From a virus (Duplodnaviria; Heunggongvirae; Uroviricota; Caudoviricetes), in IMG/VR virus record IMGVR_UViG_2563366803_000006: 20,368 nucleotides of DNA; one strand, 5' to 3'. The stretch's first letter is position 1. The number at the start of each line of letters is the position of its first letter. The position numbers and the translations under genes were made by a program. The notes under the pieces are model-generated. The model made no database searches and had not been told where the DNA came from. It saw nothing but the letters and a program-made list of their open reading frames with translations. This document shows, piece by piece, positions 8,520 to 17,305 of this stretch.

Positions 8520-9614
8520 ATGAGCAGACCGGACTGGGGGGCGTTGCAGCAGGAGTATATTGCTGAATACACCCGCTCCGGTATATCTCCGGTGGCATGG
8601 TGTGAAGCAAGGGGACTGAATTACGCAACAGCCCGTCGTTACATCAAAAAAACTCCGAAAAATGCGCAGACAGAAATGCGCAAAACTGCGCAAAAAAGTG
8701 CGCAGAAAAAATCTGCGCAGACTGCACAAAAGCGGAACGAAAAATCTCAGGAAAAAAAGCCAGTATTCGATGCGGGCCTGAATGAGGGCGACGCGGAGGA
8801 ATTTTCGTTCTGTCCCGATGAATTCGGCATTTCTGACCAGCAGGCTAAGTTTGCGATGCTTGTTGCTCAGGGTAAAAAGCCGACAGAGGCGTACCGACTA
8901 GCCGGTTATGAGGGGCAAGGTGCGACAGCTAACAGCAACGCCAGTCGTATGCTTAGAAATGCCAGGGTTTATCGTGCTATCAGCTACTTCCGCAATCAGT
9001 ACCAGAAACGCTATACCGCAGACCTGGATTTACTGGTGAGCCAGTTGATGGTCATTGTCCAGGCCGACCCCAATCAGTTGGCACAATTTCGCCGTGTTAA
9101 CTGCCGTTATTGCTGGGGCGAGAATCATCTCTACCAGTGGCGTGATATTGCAGAATTCGATAAGGCTGCGGCACAGGCCTCCAGAGATGGTAAACCCGAG
9201 CCGGAATATGGAGGCCTCGGCTTTGTTGATAACGCCATACCCAATCCGGATTGCCCGAAGTGCTGCGGTGAGGGAACGGGACAGCTTTATATGGCTGATA
9301 CCACACTGCTTGATGGGGATGCGCGGCAATTATATGCAGGGTCAAAGCTCGGAAAATACGGTGTTGAGATCCTGCTGGAGGATAAGGCTGCCGCCCGGCG
9401 TGAATTGTTGCGTTTGCTTTCTGCTGGCGGGGCATTATGTGCAGATAAGCGGCTACAGGAACTGGAAATTGAACGGCGCAGAATAGAAAACCAGAAGCTG
9501 CACAAAGAGATCGAAACGGTGGAAGATAATGAACATCCCCAGCCTGTGGCGATCAATATTAATGTGGTTGATGCCAGAGTAAGGAGTGATGAAGATGATC
9601 TCTCCGACGCTTAA
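8520..9614 (+). CDS. Terminase small subunit (long form with N-terminal HTH, AQK low-complexity linker, Terminase_2-like core and C-terminal Cys cluster)
   Basis: 364 aa. Core motif AYRLAGYEGQGATANSNASRMLRNARVYRAI typical of small terminase subunits; lies immediately upstream of and overlaps terL; CRYC...CPKCC cysteines at 9102-9266. Confidence 0.7.
   Translation: MSRPDWGALQQEYIAEYTRSGISPVAWCEARGLNYATARRYIKKTPKNAQTEMRKTAQKSAQKKSAQTAQKRNEKSQEKKPVFDAGLNEGDAEEFSFCPDEFGISDQQAKFAMLVAQGKKPTEAYRLAGYEGQGATANSNASRMLRNARVYRAISYFRNQYQKRYTADLDLLVSQLMVIVQADPNQLAQFRRVNCRYCWGENHLYQWRDIAEFDKAAAQASRDGKPEPEYGGLGFVDNAIPNPDCPKCCGEGTGQLYMADTTLLDGDARQLYAGSKLGKYGVEILLEDKAAARRELLRLLSAGGALCADKRLQELEIERRRIENQKLHKEIETVEDNEHPQPVAININVVDARVRSDEDDLSDA
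8663..8728. repeat. Cluster of five TGCGCA hexamers (plus one TGCACA) inside terS
   Basis: Exact TGCGCA at 8663, 8677, 8687, 8699 and 8714, each followed by an A-rich tract; encodes the AQK-repeat linker of TerS. Confidence 0.8.
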
Positions 9615-10896
9615 TGTGCCTCAGGCGCGATTTCTTTCAATGCCCCATAAATTTAAAGCCTATATTGCTGGTTTTGGCTCGGGCAAAACATGGGTTGGGT
9701 GTGGCGGCATATGCAAGGGGATTTGGGAGCATCCAGGTATAAATCAGGGATATTTTGCGCCAACGTATCCCCAAATTCGCGATATTTTTTACCCTACAGT
9801 GGAAGAAGTTGCTGCTGACTGGGGATTGAACGTAAAAATTAATGAGGGAAATAAAGAGGTTCACTTTTATTACGGACGCCAGTATCGGGGAACCACTGTC
9901 TGCAGATCGATGGAGAAGCCACAAACGATCGTCGGTTTCAAAATTGGTAATGCGTTGGTGGATGAACTGGACATTTTGCCGAAGGAAAAAGCCAGAACGG
10001 CGTGGCGCAAGATAATTGCACGTATGCGTTATAAGATTGATGGACTTCGCAACGGTATTGACGTTACAACCACGCCGGAAGGATTCAAATTTGTCTACGA
10101 GCAGTTTGTTAAAGCCGTGCGTGAAAAAACAGAGCTGGCCTCACTGTATGGTCTGGTGCAGGCATCTACTTTCGATAATGAAAAGAACCTGCCAGCAGAT
10201 TACATTCCTTCGCTTCTTGAATCATACCCTCCAGAGCTGATTAAAGCCTATCTTCGAGGACAGTTTACTAACCTGACAAGTGGTACTGTTTACCATCAGT
10301 TTGACCGGAAACTGAATAATTGCGAAGAAGTGGAGCAGCCAGGGGAGCCGATTTATATTGGGATGGATTTTAACGTTGGAAAGATGGCGGGAATCGTCCA
10401 TGTGCTGCGTTTGGGGCTTCCATGTGCGGTAACTGAAATCATCAATGCCTACGATACGCCGGATATGATCCGCATCATTAAAGAACGCTTCTGGCTGTAT
10501 GATGGGAATGATTACCGGAAAGTGAGGGAAATTTATATTTATCCAGATGCTTCCGGGGACTCCAGAAAATCAAGTAACGCAAGTACGACGGATATAGCCC
10601 AGCTTAAGCAGGCTGGTTTTAACGTTGTGGTGAACAGCTCGAACCCGCCAGTAAAAGATCGCGTTAACTCAATGAATGCAATGTTCTGCAATGCCAATGG
10701 TGAGCGTCGCTATAAAGTTAATGTGAAGCGTTGCCCGTTATATGCCGAATCTCTGGAGCAACAGGTCTGGGATGAGAAGGGGGAGCCTGATAAAAAATCT
10801 GGCAATGATCACCCGAATGATGCCGGAGGTTATTTCATCGTTAAGCAATTCCCTATTGTCAAACCGACCGGAAGAGTCACATCACTTCGGATTTAA
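9595..10896 (+). CDS. Terminase large subunit
   Basis: Walker A-like YIAGFGSGKTW near the N-terminus; C-terminal nuclease-like region; SD AAGGAG (9581-9586) 8 nt before ATG 9595. In-frame alternatives at GTG 9586 and ATG 9589. Confidence 0.9.
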   Translation: MISPTLNVPQARFLSMPHKFKAYIAGFGSGKTWVGCGGICKGIWEHPGINQGYFAPTYPQIRDIFYPTVEEVAADWGLNVKINEGNKEVHFYYGRQYRGTTVCRSMEKPQTIVGFKIGNALVDELDILPKEKARTAWRKIIARMRYKIDGLRNGIDVTTTPEGFKFVYEQFVKAVREKTELASLYGLVQASTFDNEKNLPADYIPSLLESYPPELIKAYLRGQFTNLTSGTVYHQFDRKLNNCEEVEQPGEPIYIGMDFNVGKMAGIVHVLRLGLPCAVTEIINAYDTPDMIRIIKERFWLYDGNDYRKVREIYIYPDASGDSRKSSNASTTDIAQLKQAGFNVVVNSSNPPVKDRVNSMNAMFCNANGERRYKVNVKRCPLYAESLEQQVWDEKGEPDKKSGNDHPNDAGGYFIVKQFPIVKPTGRVTSLRI

Positions 10897-10898
10897 TT

Positions 10899-12305
10899 AT
10901 GGCTGATATATCAACACCCAACCTCGACTATAACGATATGCTGGAGGCGTGGGATATTAACGACGCACTGATGGGCGGTACGCTTGAAATGCGCAGGCAG
11001 GGGGAAAATTATCTCCCAAAATGGCCTAACGAAGATGAAGACGCTTATAAAAAACGCCTGTCTGTGGCTACGCTACTTCCTGTGTATGAAGAAAGCATCA
11101 AGCAAAATATTGGGCGCATATTTGCAGAGCCGACAGTATTGAGTGAGGAAACGCCGGCAAAAATCAGGGAATATGCAGAAAATATCGACATGGAGGGGAG
11201 CCGACTGGATGTGTGGGCGCAGCAATTTTTCAGCCTCGCATTTCAGTATGGTGTGGCACATGCGCTGGTGGACTATCCACGAACGGATATGAAAGAGATT
11301 CGGACAAAAGCCGATGAAAACGCGACCGGTGGTCGTCCGTACGTTACGATGCTGAATCCACGCCAGGTTATTGGATGGAAATCGAAAGTTGAAAAAGGGA
11401 AAGTTGTTCTCACTGATTTGCGTATAAAAGAGGTCATCATTATTGATGGTGATGATTTCGGGCAGAAGAAGGTGGAGCAGATCCGCCATATTATGCCCCG
11501 TCGAGTTGAAATTTATCGACGTAGCGAAGGCACTAATGGCGAATCTGTCTGGACGCTTCATGAGTCATGGAATACCAGCCGTGATGATATTCCTCTGGTA
11601 ACACTGTACACGAAGAAAACAGGATTTATGCGTGGTACACCGCCATTGCTTAATCTTGGCTTGCTGAATATCAAGCACTGGCAAAGCCAGAGCGAGCAGG
11701 ACAATATTCTTCATGTTGCCCGCGTTCCATTGCTGGTGGCCTACGGGCTGGACAGGAATGAAGAACTGACGGTTGGTGCATCCACCGCTACGATTTTTGA
11801 GGACAGAACAAAAAATGGCCTCGAATATGTTGAACATAGTGGCGCAGCGATAGAATCTGGCGAAACATCACTTGAGAAGCTGGAAAATCAGATGCGTCAT
11901 GCCGGCGCTAAACTTCTGCGTGCTGAAAATACATCCACCAAATCTGTTGATCAGACTAATGAAGAGCGAATGCAGGAAAACTCGCCGCTTTATACAATGG
12001 CGAACTCCCTCGAAGATGCCCTCGATAATATTCTCCAGATAATGGCGGAATGGATCGGAGAGAGTTGCGGTGGCAATGTGGATGTGCGCACTGAACTGGA
12101 TGTATCTGCCCAGGTGTTTGACTCATCCTCCGCGCTGGCTGTTCAGTCATTGCGTCAGGGCGGTGATATACGTCAGATTGATGCGGTTCGGGTGTTGCAG
12201 GCGTTGAAATTTATCGATCAGGATTCCCGTCCAGAGGAAGTGATCGATGAATTAAAAAATCAGAGTGTAATGCTGATGGAAATCAATGATGCAAACCGTG
12301 AATGA
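10899..12305 (+). CDS. Portal protein
   Basis: 468 aa, directly downstream of terL; size and position in the terS-terL-portal order typical of portal proteins. Confidence 0.8.
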   Translation: MADISTPNLDYNDMLEAWDINDALMGGTLEMRRQGENYLPKWPNEDEDAYKKRLSVATLLPVYEESIKQNIGRIFAEPTVLSEETPAKIREYAENIDMEGSRLDVWAQQFFSLAFQYGVAHALVDYPRTDMKEIRTKADENATGGRPYVTMLNPRQVIGWKSKVEKGKVVLTDLRIKEVIIIDGDDFGQKKVEQIRHIMPRRVEIYRRSEGTNGESVWTLHESWNTSRDDIPLVTLYTKKTGFMRGTPPLLNLGLLNIKHWQSQSEQDNILHVARVPLLVAYGLDRNEELTVGASTATIFEDRTKNGLEYVEHSGAAIESGETSLEKLENQMRHAGAKLLRAENTSTKSVDQTNEERMQENSPLYTMANSLEDALDNILQIMAEWIGESCGGNVDVRTELDVSAQVFDSSSALAVQSLRQGGDIRQIDAVRVLQALKFIDQDSRPEEVIDELKNQSVMLMEINDANRE

Positions 12306-13401
12306 ACGGCTGCGTGATGAATCAATTGCTCATGCAGTCTGGATATCCCGCTATAGCACTGGCGTGGCTGCCAGAATGGTGAAAATACTGAATGACAGCG
12401 ATGCGGAACTTACTGCTCGCCTGCTGATAGCACTGGACAGCCTCGATCCAGGTAGTTTTACCGTTAAGCGCCTGGAGTCACTTCTGGCGAGCGTCAGAGA
12501 GGTTAACCGCACTGCTATTAACAGCATGTTTACCAGTCTCTCCGGAGAGCTGAACGAGCTGGCAATTTATGAGGCTGGTTATCAGTTAAGTCTGTTTGAT
12601 TCTATGCTACCTGATTTTGTTGCTGATGTTCACCCTCTGGTTGGTATCTCTCCTGATGCACTTTATGCCGCTGCAATGGCGCGACCATTCCAGGGACGAC
12701 TGCTCAGTGAGTGGGCCTCAGATCTTGAGGCGGATCGGCTCAGACGCATAACAAATACAGTGCGTCAGGGTTTTTTGCTGGGGGATACCAATGAGCAGAT
12801 CGCAAGAAAAATTCGGGGACATGTCAGTAAGGGATTTCAGGATGGTGCATTGCAGATGAGCCGGGCTAATGCGGCCAGCATTGCAAAAACAGCGGTTGGA
12901 CATCTTGCTGCTACTGCCCGTGAGAGTTTTGCCAGCGCGAATAATGATTTGATTAAGGGTAAGCAATGGTTATCAACGCTTGATAATCGTACTACGCCAC
13001 AATGTCGAATCAGGGATCGCCTCAAATATACGCTGAATAATAAACCTGTAGGTCACAGCGTGCCTTATTTGCAGGGGCCGGGAAAAATTCATTTCTGCTG
13101 CCGCTCAACGGAAACGTTCATTCTGAAATCAGCGAAGGAACTGGGTATTGATGTTCGCGATATTTCCCCGGCTGAGCGGGCCAGCATGGATGGCGTGGTG
13201 GCCGGAGATACAACCTACAGGGAATGGTTTTTGCGTCAGCCTTACACCAGACAAAAACAGATTGTGGGGGAAACCCGAGCAAAGCTGATTCGGGATGGTG
13301 GTATGTCGCCAGATGAATTTTACACCGATAAAGGCGAATGGCTGACGCTGAAGCAGCTCCGTGAGCGTGATGCACAGGTATTCAGAAAAGCAGGGATTTA
13401 A
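12286..13401 (+). CDS. Head morphogenesis / minor head protein (SPP1 gp7 / Mu F-like position)
   Basis: 371 aa, overlaps the portal 3' end by 20 nt; called mainly from gene order (portal, then minor head protein, then scaffold, then capsid). Confidence 0.55.
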   Translation: MMQTVNERLRDESIAHAVWISRYSTGVAARMVKILNDSDAELTARLLIALDSLDPGSFTVKRLESLLASVREVNRTAINSMFTSLSGELNELAIYEAGYQLSLFDSMLPDFVADVHPLVGISPDALYAAAMARPFQGRLLSEWASDLEADRLRRITNTVRQGFLLGDTNEQIARKIRGHVSKGFQDGALQMSRANAASIAKTAVGHLAATARESFASANNDLIKGKQWLSTLDNRTTPQCRIRDRLKYTLNNKPVGHSVPYLQGPGKIHFCCRSTETFILKSAKELGIDVRDISPAERASMDGVVAGDTTYREWFLRQPYTRQKQIVGETRAKLIRDGGMSPDEFYTDKGEWLTLKQLRERDAQVFRKAGI

Positions 13402-13420
13402 ATAAATCATTTATTACAAC

Positions 13421-13447
13421 AGGCTACCTTCGGGTGGCCTTTTTTAT
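13421..13447 (+). terminator. Intrinsic terminator between head morphogenesis and scaffold genes
   Basis: Hairpin AGGCTACC-TTCG-GGTGGCCT (one G-U pair, TTCG tetraloop) followed by TTTTTTATT. Confidence 0.7.
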
Positions 13448-13505
13448 TGCTGCGATCCGGATGGTGAGCAGCGTAACTGTCGGAAGACTTAAACCAGGTA
13501 CTAAT

Positions 13506-14270
13506 ATGAAACTGAAAACGGTCGAGATTAACGGAAAACAATACGCAGAAATTGATACTGCTGGCCTGCCAGTTTATGTGCACGACGATGGTAAAGAAAT
13601 TGGCTTCGATGCACCGCTGGCGACAAAAAAAATTACAGAGCTTAATGGCGAGGCAAAAAATCATCGCCTGGCTAAAGAAGCTGCAGAGGAAAAACTGGCT
13701 AAGTTTGCCGCTATCGAAGACCCGAAGAAGGCGATCGAGGCACTGGAAATGCTGTCAAAAATCGACCAGAAAAAGCTGCTCGATGCGGGACAGGTTGACC
13801 AGGTTAAGGCAGAAATTACGAAAAATTTTCAGCAGCAATTAGATGAAGAAAAGCAACGCTCTCAGATGCTGGAGAAGCAGCTTTACGATTCTATGATTGG
13901 CGGTAGTTTTGCGGGTTCAAAATATATTGCCGATAAAATTGCGATCCCGGCAGATTTATTACAAGCCCGCTTCGGGCAGGCATTCAAAGTGGAAGAAGGG
14001 AGGATCGTTGCTTATGACGCTTCCGGCAACAAAATTTATTCCCGCGCGAAGCCTGGCGAACTGGCGCAGTTTGATGAGGCGCTGGAGTTCCTTGTCGAAA
14101 ATTACCCTCAGAAAGACTACATCCTGAAAGCCAGTGGCAACAATGGCGGCGGCTCCCGTCCGACACAGCATGATATTGGTCAGAAAACGATGAAACGCTC
14201 TGCTTTTGATGCACTGGATGTTGCAGGTAAGCAAAACGCATTGAAAGACGGTATCACAATCGTTGATTAA
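13506..14270 (+). CDS. Scaffolding protein (putative)
   Basis: About 254 aa from ATG 13506 (MKLKTVEINGK...), highly charged and helical; lies between the head morphogenesis and capsid genes. The ORF-track start at 13434 overlaps the terminator hairpin and is less likely. Confidence 0.55.
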   Translation: MKLKTVEINGKQYAEIDTAGLPVYVHDDGKEIGFDAPLATKKITELNGEAKNHRLAKEAAEEKLAKFAAIEDPKKAIEALEMLSKIDQKKLLDAGQVDQVKAEITKNFQQQLDEEKQRSQMLEKQLYDSMIGGSFAGSKYIADKIAIPADLLQARFGQAFKVEEGRIVAYDASGNKIYSRAKPGELAQFDEALEFLVENYPQKDYILKASGNNGGGSRPTQHDIGQKTMKRSAFDALDVAGKQNALKDGITIVD

Positions 14271-14368
14271 CACATTTGTCAGCTTCCGGATGGGAGCTGG
14301 TGTCAGGGCTGGATAGCTCATTACTCCATCTATTCACAATTACGCAAATTTTTAAGGAATATTTAATT

Positions 14369-15508
14369 ATGGCTGGAAATACCCTGACCGGGTTGATCCC
14401 GACTATTTATACCGCCCTGGATGTTGTATCCCGTGAGCAGGTAGGTTTTATCCCTGCGGTAGCAAAAAACGCAAAAGCTGACGCCGCAGCAAAAGATCAG
14501 ACGGTAACCGCGCCAGTTGCGCCTGAGGCGAAAACCGAAGATATCGTACCGGGGCCGTCAGCTCCGAATACCGGTGATCAAAATATTGGCACTGTTGATG
14601 TAAAAATTACTAAATCCAAAATGGCACCGGTTAAATGGAATGGTGAAGAACAACTGGCTCTTGGCCCTTCAGGGACTTACAACACCATTCTGGCTGATCA
14701 GTTCAAGCAGGCTTTTCGCGCCCTTGCAAACGAGGTTGAGGCTGATCTTGGTGCGTTGTATTTCGGTGCTTCCCGCGCCGTGGGAACCGCAGGGACAACG
14801 CCGTTTGGTGTTAAAGATGATCTTTCTGATGCTGCTCTGGCTCGTCAGGTTCTGGAGGATAACGGCGCACCGACAACCGATCTGCAGATGGTGCTTGGCT
14901 CCACTGCCATTGCTAATTTGCGCGGAAAACAGTCTGTATTGTTTAAAGTGAATGAATCCGGCACTGAACAGCTACTGCGTGAGGGCGTGTTGGGGCGTCT
15001 GGAGGGATTCAATATTCACAGTTCGGCAGGTGTGAAACGAGCGCCAAAGGTTGCTGCAACTGGTTATCTCGTGAATGGAGAGAAAAAAGAAGGCGATGTT
15101 CTTATTTCCATTGATACTGGTTCGGGGAGTATTTCTGCAGGTCAGATTGTTACGTTCGCTGGTGATCCGAATCAGTATGTTGTGGCAGCAGCGACCAGCA
15201 ATCTGATTACTCTTGCAGCGCCCGGACTGCGTCAGGATCTGGCCGATGATACTGCCATCACAGTTGTTGGGGCCTTTACTGCAAATATGGCGTTTGATCG
15301 CAACGCGTTTCTGCTGGCATCCCGTACTCCGGCAATGCCGGAAGGTGGCGATAATGCTGATGATGTAATGAATGTTACGGACCCGATTTCAGGGATTACG
15401 TTCCAGATTGCACTGTATCGTCAGTATCGCCAGGTGCGCTATGAAGTTGGACTGGCATGGGGTGTTTCATCAGTGAAGCCGGCACATGGTTGTCTGATTC
15501 TTGGTTAA
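14369..15508 (+). CDS. Major capsid protein (putative)
   Basis: About 379 aa from ATG 14369 (SD AAGGAA upstream), MAGNTLTGLIPTIYTALDVV...; position after scaffold and followed by a terminator; size typical of a major capsid protein. Confidence 0.7.
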   Translation: MAGNTLTGLIPTIYTALDVVSREQVGFIPAVAKNAKADAAAKDQTVTAPVAPEAKTEDIVPGPSAPNTGDQNIGTVDVKITKSKMAPVKWNGEEQLALGPSGTYNTILADQFKQAFRALANEVEADLGALYFGASRAVGTAGTTPFGVKDDLSDAALARQVLEDNGAPTTDLQMVLGSTAIANLRGKQSVLFKVNESGTEQLLREGVLGRLEGFNIHSSAGVKRAPKVAATGYLVNGEKKEGDVLISIDTGSGSISAGQIVTFAGDPNQYVVAAATSNLITLAAPGLRQDLADDTAITVVGAFTANMAFDRNAFLLASRTPAMPEGGDNADDVMNVTDPISGITFQIALYRQYRQVRYEVGLAWGVSSVKPAHGCLILG

Positions 15509-15518
15509 ACATTCAAAC

Positions 15519-15538
15519 GGGGCTTCGGCCCCATTTTT
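15519..15538 (+). terminator. Intrinsic terminator after the capsid gene
   Basis: Hairpin GGGGC-TTCG-GCCCC followed by ATTTTTAA, 11 nt after the capsid stop. Confidence 0.65.
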
Positions 15539-15550
15539 AATGGGGGGCAT

Positions 15551-15727
15551 ATGGCCGGATTAACTAAAGAGCAAAGAGCACAGCGTGAAGCCGCACAAAA
15601 AACGCAAATTGAGTTAGTGGTTATGGTGACCGATTATCAGATGTTTCCCGGCGCACCAACTATCGCTAATGTTCATCCTGATGAAGTTGACAACTGGAAG
15701 GCTATGGGCTGGAAAACTCAGGAGTAA
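15551..15727 (+). CDS. Small hypothetical protein (58 aa) between capsid and connector genes
   Basis: ATG 15551 preceded by a G-rich tract; stop TAA 15725-15727 lies 3 nt before the next gene's ATG. Product MAGLTKEQRAQREAAQKTQIELVVMVTDYQMFPGAPTIANVHPDEVDNWKAMGWKTQE. Below the length cutoff of the supplied ORF track. Confidence 0.4.
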   Translation: MAGLTKEQRAQREAAQKTQIELVVMVTDYQMFPGAPTIANVHPDEVDNWKAMGWKTQE

Positions 15728-15730
15728 CAC

Positions 15731-16126
15731 ATGATCACTTACGTGACCTGTGATGACGTTGATAATGCGTTTGGGAACGCCTGGACGAGTGAGAACGCTA
15801 AAAATAAAGCTGTTTTAATGGCTAATGCCTGGCTTAATGGCTTCAACCTGAAAATTAACCCATCCCGTATTCCGGAAGAGGTAAAACTTGCGGGAGCATA
15901 TGCAGCCAGAATTGCCTCATTCGGTAAGTTGTTTCAGCAGAAAAATGATTCTGGCGTTGTTATCAGTAAAGCCGTGTCGGCTGACGGGGTCAGTGTATCG
16001 AAATCATTTTCTGAGTTGCCAGCAAACAGCACTGCATTGCTTGAACCCGATTTACAGCTTGCGATAGCACTGCTGAAACCGTACGGACTTAGTCGCTCAC
16101 AAGTCAGGGTTGTGAGGGGGGGATAA
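15731..16126 (+). CDS. Head-tail connector/adaptor protein (gp6-like, putative)
   Basis: 131 aa, SD AGGAG upstream; first gene after the capsid in a run of four small tightly packed genes. Confidence 0.5.
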   Translation: MITYVTCDDVDNAFGNAWTSENAKNKAVLMANAWLNGFNLKINPSRIPEEVKLAGAYAARIASFGKLFQQKNDSGVVISKAVSADGVSVSKSFSELPANSTALLEPDLQLAIALLKPYGLSRSQVRVVRGG

Positions 16127-16509
16127 TGGGGCTTCGTGAAGAGATTCAGTCAGAGGTTGCCGCTGCTTTTGATGAGGATTTAGCGGACGCCGTGAGTGAT
16201 TTTTCTGGTTCTTACGTTACGCACCGGCACTGGGATCCTGTGACGGAAACTGGCGGCGAATCCACCGCAATCTATACCGGGCGAGGCGTGTTGACACGTT
16301 ATAAGCTGGGCAGAATTGATGGGATTAATATTTTGCATGGTGACCTTAAATTAACCGCTCTGGTATGCGAGGTTACGGATAAACCAGCTGTCGACCATAT
16401 TATTGAGATTTATGATCCTGTATCAAGGCAGTTACAACGATACGAGGTAATTACAGCAAGTGTAGATCCTTCCGCATCAGTTTACTCTATCCAGTTAAGG
16501 AGAGCGTAA
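16126..16509 (+). CDS. Head-tail joining / head closure protein (putative)
   Basis: 127 aa; start overlaps the previous stop (TAATGG); called from position. Confidence 0.45.
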   Translation: MGLREEIQSEVAAAFDEDLADAVSDFSGSYVTHRHWDPVTETGGESTAIYTGRGVLTRYKLGRIDGINILHGDLKLTALVCEVTDKPAVDHIIEIYDPVSRQLQRYEVITASVDPSASVYSIQLRRA

Positions 16510-16890
16510 ATGGCAAAGGCATGGGATATAGAACCGTCAATATTTGCCGGGATGATTGAGGAAGATGTAGGGCTGAAGATTCGCTACATCGCTATGCAGA
16601 TTCTTACTGCTATTGATATTGCTGCTCCGGTTGATACCGGACGTTTCAGAAATAACAACCTGGTGTCGTTACAGCATCCCGATTTTGGTATATCTGATAA
16701 CGTGGATCCGAACGGTACGATTGCTGTTCAGCGTGGGATCGGGGTTATTTCGAAAGCTGCAAATTACGGGGTTATTTATATCCAGAATAACCTTCCTTAT
16801 GCAGAGGCTCTTGAAAACGGTCATTCACAACAAGCGCCAACTGGCGTGTATGCCAACGCTTTTCATGGTGTTTTACAGGCTTACAAATGA
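16510..16890 (+). CDS. Neck/tail component, HK97 gp10-like (putative)
   Basis: 126 aa; position and size; gp10-like assignment is recalled family resemblance, not a search result. Confidence 0.5.
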   Translation: MAKAWDIEPSIFAGMIEEDVGLKIRYIAMQILTAIDIAAPVDTGRFRNNNLVSLQHPDFGISDNVDPNGTIAVQRGIGVISKAANYGVIYIQNNLPYAEALENGHSQQAPTGVYANAFHGVLQAYK

Positions 16891-17279
16891 AGTTTACTGA
16901 AATCAGAAATACGGTTATTTCCAGAATGACGGCACAGACGATTATTGATGGAAAAGACGTATTGTATCCGAACGGGCCAACGTTCGATCCTTCCGGTAAG
17001 TTAATCTGGGCGCGGTTAAGTAATATTCCCGGGCAGGCTGGAGTTAATGAAATTGGCGCGGGGCCGGTTGTTTATCGCACGGGGATAATCATTATTCAGT
17101 TATTTGTCCCCGCAGGTTCTGGTTCAAAACTCATTACTGAGACAGCCGATAAATTGCGGGAACTGTTTGAGTTTCAGGATGACGATCGTCTCAGTTACCA
17201 GGCTGTTTCCTCAATAGCCGTCGGCGAAAAGAATGGCTGGTTCCAGCTTAATCTTCAAATTCCATATCGCGCGCTCTAG
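16887..17279 (+). CDS. Tail completion / tail terminator protein (putative)
   Basis: 130 aa; ATGA start-stop overlap with the previous gene; immediately upstream of the major tail protein gene. Confidence 0.45.
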   Translation: MKFTEIRNTVISRMTAQTIIDGKDVLYPNGPTFDPSGKLIWARLSNIPGQAGVNEIGAGPVVYRTGIIIIQLFVPAGSGSKLITETADKLRELFEFQDDDRLSYQAVSSIAVGEKNGWFQLNLQIPYRAL

Positions 17280-17305
17280 CGCAATTAATGACATAGGAGG
17301 CTCCT

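Noticed and set aside
8663-8728. TGCGCA repeat cluster as a CRISPR-like array
   Set aside because: Units are 6 bp with irregular 10-15 bp spacing inside a coding region; this does not fit repeat-spacer architecture.
9030-9556. Several overlapping ORFs on both strands inside terS (9030-9329, 9055-9486, 9097-9435, 9287-9556)
   Set aside because: Alternative frames of the terS coding sequence; the terS frame has the recognisable motif and gene-order support.
11073-11837. Minus-strand ORFs of 162 and 90 codons inside the portal gene
   Set aside because: Antisense to the portal CDS; no start context or motif.
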